From Candidatus Helarchaeota ASGARD archaeon Hel_GB_B (GTDB lineage Archaea > Asgardarchaeota > Lokiarchaeia > Helarchaeales > HEL-GB-B), in contig SUPR01000101.1 of assembly GCA_005191425.1 (NCBI GenBank), forward strand, positions 1-11,564: a stretch of DNA of 11,564 nt, given 5' to 3'. The translations under genes were made by a program, and so were the position numbers. The notes beneath the pieces were generated by a model. It was not told the DNA's origin and did no database searches. It was given only the letters and a program-made list of their open reading frames with translations. This document shows, piece by piece, positions 1 through 6,781 of the stretch (positions are counted from its first letter, which is position 1; every line of letters starts with the position of its first letter).

Positions 1-1
1 A

Positions 2-64
2 ATTTTATCCGAATTAACTTTAATTAACTTCTTGAAAAGTAAAATGGATCAGTTAAAATTTTAA
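2..64 (+). CDS. Possible 3' end of a convergent gene entering from the left edge (ILSELTLINFLKSKMDQLKF*)
   Basis: Frame 2 is open from the window edge to TAA at 62-64, ending 1 nt before the polB stop. Only 20 codons are visible, so chance is not excluded. Confidence 0.3.
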   Translation: MLSELTLINFLKSKMDQLKF

Positions 65-65
65 A

Positions 66-3000
66 TTACATCCATTTATCCAGAGTTGATTTTCCTTTCA
101 ATTCATCAAAATTTATACCCAATGCATCCAATACTTGTTCAAAAATCGATTCAACTGTTTCTTTATATTTTTCGACATCAATATCCTTCACATTTGCAAG
201 TTCGAGAGGTTGGACTCCAGCTGGATCTTTTGTTTTAAGGAAATAAATAATGCTACCTTTTCCAATTTCTGCACCAGTTTTTTCGTGTAAAATTTTTGCT
301 GCTTTTACATGTTGGGGAAGTACCGTATATTTCTCTATGGGTTTTGTGATTGCTATCTTAAAAGCCAATTCTTCAGGAGTATATTCATAATTTTTAAGTT
401 TTTTAAATACAGTTTTTATAATGTTTTTAATTTCAATTTTTGCATTATCAAAGTCTTCTTTTTTCTTAACCGCACTGATAACATCAATCATTTTTTTAAA
501 TGCATTTTGGACAAATAAAGGAGTATTTCTTTTTTTACCGGAAAGTCCCTTAATATCTACACTTCCATCTTCATAAACACCAAAATAATTTTTTTTCCTT
601 GTAGAATGAACCGAAAACCGAAATGATTTTTCTACATCTAGTTCAATACCTAAATAATCATTACTCCATTTAATGAGTTCATCAATTTGTTCTTTAGTTG
701 GGTTTTCAATAAAGACGCTATCTGTATTATGGAGTAATAGCATTCCGCAGGCATCAACGAAAATTTCGGTATCTGCAACTGACAAATCATATACATATTC
801 CATTTTTTCAGGAGGATTATACACTTTAATTGAGGGCGTTGAATTTATATTTGGTTCATTTTTTAGTTCATAAGCTTTATAGATGTTTTTATAGTCGTCA
901 AATGAAATAGATAAAGTAATTCCCCACGATTTAAGTAAAAAACAGAGTCCAGAAATTAAGTGGAGAGATGGGGTATAGAATTCAATGTTACTTTCATTTA
1001 TATTCCGAGATTTTTTATAGGTATAATATTCAAACAATAATTTCTGAAATTTTATATCTATATTATAAATGAAAGATGGTAAATGTATTTGTGATTTATC
1101 AATACCGCACAAACTATCAAAAAAAGCAATCCAGAGATATTTATCAACTGTATTTATGGTATTATTTGAAATATTATCTGAAATGTCTTTATTAACGATT
1201 TCAAGATTACTTAAAATATTTTTTAATTCATTAATAATCTCATAATTTTTATTATTTTTCTTATAAGTTTCTGATTTTTGTGAACGCTCTTGTAATAATG
1301 TGTCAATTCCATCAGCAAGATGATATCCAATTAATTTACATAAATCTGAAATGTTACAATATCTAAATATTTTATGTTTACTTCTTTTATTTTTCATTTG
1401 TATCCAAATACTTTTTTCATCAGCTTCCCATTTGTAAACAAATTTATTGCTCATTTTAGACTTTGTTGTATCGCGTTCCTTGACCAAATAATATAAATCA
1501 ATGAAATTTGGTGTTATTTTTTGTGGTAACTCTATTTTATTTATTGTCAATATTTTTTTATTTCCAAGTTCTGAAGGTCTTGAACACGTATAACCTTCAG
1601 TTATTAATGAATGGTCTTCTGTACAAATAGTTTCACCCTCTTTTTGATTAATTCGATATAGTTTTTTATTAGTTTTATGTCTAATTATTTGCTTAATCCT
1701 ACTCCAATCGCCATTTTTACTGAAAGTATAGATTGAACTTGGAATTTTCACTTCTTTTCTATTAATATAGTAGATATTACTTTTACATCGATTCCACAAC
1801 TCCTGAATTGGTATTACATCAATCCATCCATTTTGTAAAACCGGTATACACCTATTTCCGATAATACTATCTCCATAAACGACTCTAAGGCCCATTTCTT
1901 CGACTTTTTTTATTGTCTGTTCAATTGCATATCGCCCAATTGCAGAAGTTGATTCAGCCATGGGAAGACAATATAACGGAAAAATCTCAGAGCCAAAAAC
2001 ACCATATGATGCATTAATTATAACTTTCATGGACGCTTGAACGATTTTAAATAAATTCCTCATCTCGGGGCTGATATTTTTATCTTTTGCCTTTATTTTA
2101 AAATATTTTACCCTCATATCTCTAAGTAGTCCAATTATAAGTGCTGATATACCAATTCTATGTGTACAAGCCCAATGAGGTGTGTTTGGTATTAAATTTG
2201 ATTTACAATCTTCATGAGGACAATTTACTGTTTCATATGATAAATTCCATTCTTTAATTATACTTGGATATAATGATGCAAAGTCCAAAACTACAATATT
2301 AAAATGAATTCCAGGAATTGGGTCTATTACTTTTGCTCCCATATATTTTTTGCCCTTAATTATGGCTTTAGTAGCTGCATTAGATTTGATTTCATTTAGA
2401 TAATTTGGGTTAGGAATTAAGAAATTCCTCACTCTATGTTCATAATAAAATAAATTTTTAATCCAATTTGAAATTCCACTCCTGCTGATATCTTCAATTG
2501 GAAGTTTTGTAATTCGCATTAAAATGATCAACAATTTCATTACAAGATTATTATCAAACGAGGTAAGTCTAAAGGTAAGTTCGCTATCTTTTAAACAATA
2601 TTTTGCAAGTTTATCATAAGATAAATCATGAATTTCTAATTCATGTTCAATTTTTCCCTCTTTTAAAAGTGCCATACTGACGGCTTCAAGCGACACCGTT
2701 TTATAGGAATTACCAAAGGCAGAAACCTGAATTGCTCTATTAAAAAAGAGTTTATATAGGTCAAGGTGGATACCATTAGTTAATGAATAGCTGTCTCTAT
2801 GTTTAATAAAAGGTATTTTACCTGAATTAATCCTAAACCATTTAGCTCGGTTATGGAGATAGGGTATATCAAATTTATCTCCATTATATGTAATAACTAT
2901 TGGATAATCATTAATTAACTCAAATGTTTTTTCAATAAGATCTTTCTCGCTTGAAAAAAACTCAATTTTACCATCAAGTTTTTTAAAGCCCTCTTTTTCT

Positions 3001-3872
3001 TCTGGAGTAATTTCATGTTCTTTTAGCAAATAAATTAATTTATTATTGTCCGAGTCTACAAATGAAATACAAATAACTTTTTGTCGAGCGGTATTAGGAT
3101 CTGGAATTCTATGTGAAACTGTTTTTACTTCTATATCAAAAGCAATTCTTCTGATTTCTGGAATTGGAGTAAAAAATAATTCTAAAAATTTGGGTAATTC
3201 TTTCTGAAACTCTTTTTTCTCATTTTTAAATGCTTCGGTTAATTCATTTTTAACATCACTTGGTATTTCTATATTAACAGGTCTAAGTTTATTGTTTTTT
3301 ATCAAATATAGCATTCCTGGAATTAATTGACTATCGTATAAATAACTCCTATGATATAAAATAGTCGCTTCAAAACTGTGGTCCTTAATATATTCTCTAA
3401 TGCTGTCTTTACTACCGCCGACTGATAAAGGGTCCTCTGTGATTATTTTAACCATTTCTTTAAGTTGGTCTGTTATTAAATCAAATTTTTTAATAGGTTG
3501 AAATTTAATGAACCCTTTATGTCTCTTTATTTGAGGATATTCTGAATTTAATACATCCAGTCCAAGGTCTGTTAATAAATAGGGTTTATGATTTGTAGTA
3601 TCATACCAAAAAATTATTTTTCTAGTCTTTAAGTCATAGAGACGGCAGAATGCAGATTTCATCTTACCGTCATAATCTACAGATAGCAATAAAGCTTTAT
3701 CTACACCTATTAAATCTTCTACAACTTTAGTTTTTACTTCCTTATCTCCTTTTTTGGGCTTTTCCTCGGGTATTTTTTCTTTTAATATCTGTTGTTTTTG
3801 TTTATTTTTAATTTCAGGTTCTTGTTCTTTTTTCATTTTTAAAAAATGAACTAAATTTTTCTTTTCAGACAT
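66..3872 (-). CDS. polB1: Family B DNA polymerase, PolB1 (Dpo1-like) type; 1268-aa precursor with an intein, 887 aa after splicing
   Basis: ExoI RRIAFDIEV, ExoII TYNGDKFDIPY, ExoIII YCLKDSE; Pol motif A DFASLYPSII, motif B KVIINASYG, motif C YGD|TDS, KKNY. Segments such as LLSVDYDG..KLYD..YDTTNHKPY, WIKNLFYYEHR and AIIKGKKYMGA match my recollection of TACK PolB1 rather than euryarchaeal PolB3. Confidence 0.95.
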   Translation of the reverse strand: MSEKKNLVHFLKMKKEQEPEIKNKQKQQILKEKIPEEKPKKGDKEVKTKVVEDLIGVDKALLLSVDYDGKMKSAFCRLYDLKTRKIIFWYDTTNHKPYLLTDLGLDVLNSEYPQIKRHKGFIKFQPIKKFDLITDQLKEMVKIITEDPLSVGGSKDSIREYIKDHSFEATILYHRSYLYDSQLIPGMLYLIKNNKLRPVNIEIPSDVKNELTEAFKNEKKEFQKELPKFLELFFTPIPEIRRIAFDIEVKTVSHRIPDPNTARQKVICISFVDSDNNKLIYLLKEHEITPEEKEGFKKLDGKIEFFSSEKDLIEKTFELINDYPIVITYNGDKFDIPYLHNRAKWFRINSGKIPFIKHRDSYSLTNGIHLDLYKLFFNRAIQVSAFGNSYKTVSLEAVSMALLKEGKIEHELEIHDLSYDKLAKYCLKDSELTFRLTSFDNNLVMKLLIILMRITKLPIEDISRSGISNWIKNLFYYEHRVRNFLIPNPNYLNEIKSNAATKAIIKGKKYMGAKVIDPIPGIHFNIVVLDFASLYPSIIKEWNLSYETVNCPHEDCKSNLIPNTPHWACTHRIGISALIIGLLRDMRVKYFKIKAKDKNISPEMRNLFKIVQASMKVIINASYGVFGSEIFPLYCLPMAESTSAIGRYAIEQTIKKVEEMGLRVVYGDSIIGNRCIPVLQNGWIDVIPIQELWNRCKSNIYYINRKEVKIPSSIYTFSKNGDWSRIKQIIRHKTNKKLYRINQKEGETICTEDHSLITEGYTCSRPSELGNKKILTINKIELPQKITPNFIDLYYLVKERDTTKSKMSNKFVYKWEADEKSIWIQMKNKRSKHKIFRYCNISDLCKLIGYHLADGIDTLLQERSQKSETYKKNNKNYEIINELKNILSNLEIVNKDISDNISNNTINTVDKYLWIAFFDSLCGIDKSQIHLPSFIYNIDIKFQKLLFEYYTYKKSRNINESNIEFYTPSLHLISGLCFLLKSWGITLSISFDDYKNIYKAYELKNEPNINSTPSIKVYNPPEKMEYVYDLSVADTEIFVDACGMLLLHNTDSVFIENPTKEQIDELIKWSNDYLGIELDVEKSFRFSVHSTRKKNYFGVYEDGSVDIKGLSGKKRNTPLFVQNAFKKMIDVISAVKKKEDFDNAKIEIKNIIKTVFKKLKNYEYTPEELAFKIAITKPIEKYTVLPQHVKAAKILHEKTGAEIGKGSIIYFLKTKDPAGVQPLELANVKDIDVEKYKETVESIFEQVLDALGINFDELKGKSTLDKWM
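726..1868 (-). mobile_element. Intein (381 aa, precursor residues 669-1049) at the Pol-c site, with a LAGLIDADG-type endonuclease domain
   Basis: Insertion exactly between YGD and TDS. N-terminal Ser (SIIGNRCIPV), block B TEDH, block C LIGYHLADG, block H SLHLISGLCFLLKSWGI, block F YVYDLSV, terminal His-Asn, +1 extein residue Thr. Confidence 0.95.
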
Positions 3873-3952
3873 TTTTTAGACATTCCTATATTAAACTAAA
3901 GACCATTAATATCTAAATTTAACTCCCAAATATAATATTATTAAAATATTTA

Positions 3953-4090
3953 TTATAATAATGGAATAATCGCAAAAATTATTGCTACTACTGCGCTAAA
4001 AATAATAATAAGTAAAAGAATACTTCCAAATAACAATGTTTTTCGGTTTCTTTTTTGTCTTATTCTTCTAACTCTTCTTCTAGGCGGCAT
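3953..4090 (-). CDS. 45-aa small membrane protein with polybasic N-terminus and a single C-terminal TM helix (MPPRRRVRRIRQKRNRKTLLFGSILLLIIIFSAVVAIIFAIIPLL)
   Basis: Hand-translated and absent from the ORF track. ATG at 4090, TAA at 3953-3955, in-frame stop two codons upstream of the ATG. Strongly bipartite composition, same strand as its neighbours, and it fills the gap between them. Confidence 0.75.
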   Translation of the reverse strand: MPPRRRVRRIRQKRNRKTLLFGSILLLIIIFSAVVAIIFAIIPLL

Positions 4091-4118
4091 AATTTATTCT
4101 AATAAATATTCATTTCTA

Positions 4119-4126
4119 TATTTAAA
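4119..4126 (-). promoter_or_regulatory. Candidate TATA box (TTTAAATA) for the microprotein gene
   Basis: Archaeal TATA-like 8-mer 28 nt upstream of the ATG at 4090. The AT-rich background lowers specificity. Confidence 0.35.
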
Positions 4127-4221
4127 AATATTTAGCAAAATGGTATAATATCCCATCGTTTTAACTCCAATTTTTGTTGAGCAAATCAAAAGTTAAAGAA
4201 AATATTGATAAGTCTTGAGAT

Positions 4222-4227
4222 AAAAAA
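4222..4227 (-). terminator. Oligo-T tract directly after the coiled-coil operon
   Basis: T6 immediately follows the TAG at 4228-4230 on the minus strand, consistent with archaeal oligo-T termination but weak in AT-rich DNA. Confidence 0.3.
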
Positions 4228-4650
4228 CTAATCAATTTGAGCTTCAATTTTTCTAAGTATCTCTTTAAGTTCTAATACCAATGATAAAAATTCTGCATCT
4301 TGCATTTTATTTTGAAGATTAATTTTAGACTTTTCAAGATGCTCAAAAATCATTTTAGAGCTTCCAGTTGTGTCCATCATTTTGGTCTTAAATTCAGAAA
4401 ATTTATTATTGAGGTCTTCAATATTGTTTTTCATTTTATTAAATATGATTTCCCTATTTGTCTTAACAATTTTAATTATCCCTGTTAAATTTCCTGAAAC
4501 AGATACAATACTATCAGTCATATTTTTAGAGAAATTATCAATAATAGTATTCATTTCAGACATTAATTTACTAATTTCTTTTACATTACTATAAATATCA
4601 TTTAAGACGCGTACTAAAAATGGGATAACATCATCAATTTCCTTATTCAT
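4228..4650 (-). CDS. Hypothetical all-helical/coiled-coil protein (140 aa)
   Basis: Heptad-like hydrophobic periodicity; start overlaps the upstream gene's stop by 8 nt (ATGAATAA), implying translational coupling. Confidence 0.8.
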   Translation of the reverse strand: MNKEIDDVIPFLVRVLNDIYSNVKEISKLMSEMNTIIDNFSKNMTDSIVSVSGNLTGIIKIVKTNREIIFNKMKNNIEDLNNKFSEFKTKMMDTTGSSKMIFEHLEKSKINLQNKMQDAEFLSLVLELKEILRKIEAQID

Positions 4651-5062
4651 TATCTTTTTTCTCCATTTTTTCTTTTATTGAGACAATTAGGTTATTTATC
4701 TCTCTCAATCCCCGAGAAATCTGTTTATTCAAATCAATATTTTTAGCTTGTCTATTTAAATTAACAATTTCATTTGCAGCTTCTTTAATAATTGGTATAT
4801 TCATTTCTTCCTTAAATTTATTTAAATTGTCAACTAAAATATTAATGATCCTCTCTATTGATTCAAAAAATTCGTTATCTTCATCTTTAAGTGAAGTTGA
4901 TAAATTTTTAATAGTATTGCTCAGATCGTCCATTTTGTTTTTAGAAATTTTACTAATATTATCAATTTTAGAGGCCAATTTACTGACTTCATTCGTAAAA
5001 TTATCAAATTTTGTTCCCAATTCCTCTAGCATTTTTATAAGATCGGTGAAATCATAATTCAT
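4643..5062 (-). CDS. Hypothetical all-helical/coiled-coil protein (139 aa)
   Basis: Heptad pattern throughout; SD-like GGTGGT upstream of the ATG; 28-nt gap to the upstream gene. Confidence 0.8.
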   Translation of the reverse strand: MNYDFTDLIKMLEELGTKFDNFTNEVSKLASKIDNISKISKNKMDDLSNTIKNLSTSLKDEDNEFFESIERIINILVDNLNKFKEEMNIPIIKEAANEIVNLNRQAKNIDLNKQISRGLREINNLIVSIKEKMEKKDNE

Positions 5063-5090
5063 TTCTTATACCACCAAATTATTATTGATA

Positions 5091-5777
5091 TTATTTATTA
5101 TCTTCGTTTTTTGTTGGAACAGGTTTAAGTTGAACAGCGTGTTTGATCTGTTTAGGTTGTTTCTCAGGTTGAGTTCTCATATAATTTATTGGCTTTTTCT
5201 TTTCAACTCTTAAAAATGTGGGTAATTCTTCAATATTCTCCAATTCATCTAAATTTTCCAAATTTTCCGGTGTTTCATTGACCACATTTATTTTTGGTTT
5301 AATTTGCGGATTTTTAGGAGTACTTCTTATAGTTGTCTTGTACTTTTGAGTTTTGGACTGAATTGGTTTAATCTGTTCATTTGTTGGGCTCTTCTTTGGC
5401 TCAGGTTGTGAATCAGCCATATTATTTATAATTGATTTCAGTGATTTAATTGCTTCTCTATATTCTATAATATATGATTGTCTCTGAATCTTATCCAAAA
5501 TATCTTGTAAATTTAAATTTATTTTTTCTAATTTTTCCGTTCCTAACATATTTTTAATTGAGTCAATTCCTTTACTTATAGTCAATTGAAACTCGTCCAT
5601 TTTATTTTCGATATTTTTAAGGGTCTTTTTTAAGGTTTCTGAAATTTCCTCTAATACTTCTGCACTTTGAACCATGAACTTTTGCATTACTTCAAATCTT
5701 TCTTTTTCCGCAGCTCTAATTCTACTATAAAACTCAAATGATTCGCTCATAAACTTTTTAAATTCATCATGTTCCAT
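5091..5777 (-). CDS. Hypothetical protein with an N-terminal coiled-coil region (~120 aa) and a Pro/Lys/Gln/Glu-rich disordered tail
   Basis: The ORF track starts at GTG 5789. I prefer ATG 5777 because GTGGT then acts as an SD-like element. The composition shift after ...IINNMADSQPEP is clear. Confidence 0.8.
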   Translation of the reverse strand: MEHDEFKKFMSESFEFYSRIRAAEKERFEVMQKFMVQSAEVLEEISETLKKTLKNIENKMDEFQLTISKGIDSIKNMLGTEKLEKINLNLQDILDKIQRQSYIIEYREAIKSLKSIINNMADSQPEPKKSPTNEQIKPIQSKTQKYKTTIRSTPKNPQIKPKINVVNETPENLENLDELENIEELPTFLRVEKKKPINYMRTQPEKQPKQIKHAVQLKPVPTKNEDNK

Positions 5778-5789
5778 GAATATTACCAC

Positions 5790-5952
5790 TTTTGCTAGAT
5801 ATTTTTTTAATATTCTTACTTCTTTTATATATGTTTAATAATATTTTTGCAAATTATTTTTGATTAAAGATAAATTTACATTGCTCATTAATTCTTTTCC
5901 TTTTAATGAATTCTAGCATAATTATATATATATATCTTACAGAATAAATTAA
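5790..5952. promoter_or_regulatory. Divergent promoter region
   Basis: Intergenic AT-rich segment between head-to-head genes, with TATATAAA on minus (5824-5831) and a TTATATATATATA tract (~5922-5934) upstream of the plus-strand ATG at 5953. Confidence 0.5.
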
Positions 5953-6489
5953 ATGATGATAGACGACCAACAAGAATTAAATGATATTAAAAAAACATTA
6001 TTAGGGTCAATAAAAAAAGACCTCGATTACTTTTTGAAGCAAGATAGCGTTTTATTTTTTGCTTTAACTACTGATAAGGGACTAATAATCGAGAAATATT
6101 CTAAAAAAGAGATTGATGCGCGCTTAATTGGTGGTATTATCTCTAAAATATTAAATATTTCTAATTGGAGTATTTCAAAATTAGATGAAAATAGTAACCT
6201 TGATTCAATCGAAATATGTTATAAAACTGGAATTCTAATTATTAAACCAATTAACAAGAAGTTTGTGGTTTTTCTTTTATTAAAACGAATGGTCGATAAA
6301 AATAATATTTATTTATTTCTAAATTCACTGTCATTTCAGATTATTAGTTCGACAGGAGATTATTTGGAAGTACAAAAAGAATTTATTCAGATAGATAACT
6401 CCATAGCAAAATTAAAAGAACTAGTTCAGAGTATAGAAATTCCAAAATTGTCCGAGATAAAAAATTTGCTCAAATATATGAATGTATAA
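5953..6489 (+). CDS. Roadblock/LC7 (MglB/LAMTOR-like) domain protein with a C-terminal helical extension
   Basis: Helix, then VLFFALTTDKGLII (cf. the 'A.lvs.DGl.ia' pattern), helix DARLIGGIISKILNISNWSISKL, strands LDSIEICYKTGILIIKPINKKFVVFLL, closing helix, and about 45 extra helical residues. Confidence 0.75.
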   Translation: MMIDDQQELNDIKKTLLGSIKKDLDYFLKQDSVLFFALTTDKGLIIEKYSKKEIDARLIGGIISKILNISNWSISKLDENSNLDSIEICYKTGILIIKPINKKFVVFLLLKRMVDKNNIYLFLNSLSFQIISSTGDYLEVQKEFIQIDNSIAKLKELVQSIEIPKLSEIKNLLKYMNV

Positions 6490-6781
6490 ATTTATATCCA
6501 GAGTATTTTTAATTAATATTATATAATCTACATCATTTAAAAAAAATCTTCATTAATAACTAATTAAGAGAAATAAAAAATAAATAACAAATTTTATATA
6601 AACTATATAGTGAAGAATTAATTTAATTAAAATATCTAAATTCTACAGAAATTTACCAAAAAAATTTTTTAGAACACTCCAAATTGAAATATGTATCTAT
6701 TCATTTATATGATATAATTTAATAAATTTTTTAATAAGTTTTAAAAAAAATATTTGGAACTACATTTATAGGTAGAGTTCG

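Noticed and set aside
309-873. Plus-strand ORFs 309-518 and 673-873
   Set aside because: Antisense shadows of polB1 with no recognisable motifs; composition reflects the reverse complement of Lys/Ile-rich codons.
4300-5057. Plus-strand ORFs 4300-4488, 4370-4594 and 4827-5057, apparently hydrophobic
   Set aside because: Fully antisense to the coiled-coil genes. The Ile/Leu/Phe/Ser richness is the expected mirror of Lys/Glu/Asn codons, not real membrane proteins.
6490-6781. Long AT-rich intergenic region as a possible origin, ncRNA or CRISPR leader
   Set aside because: No ORB-like G-string boxes, no GC-rich stems, no regularly spaced repeats and no convincing small ORF.
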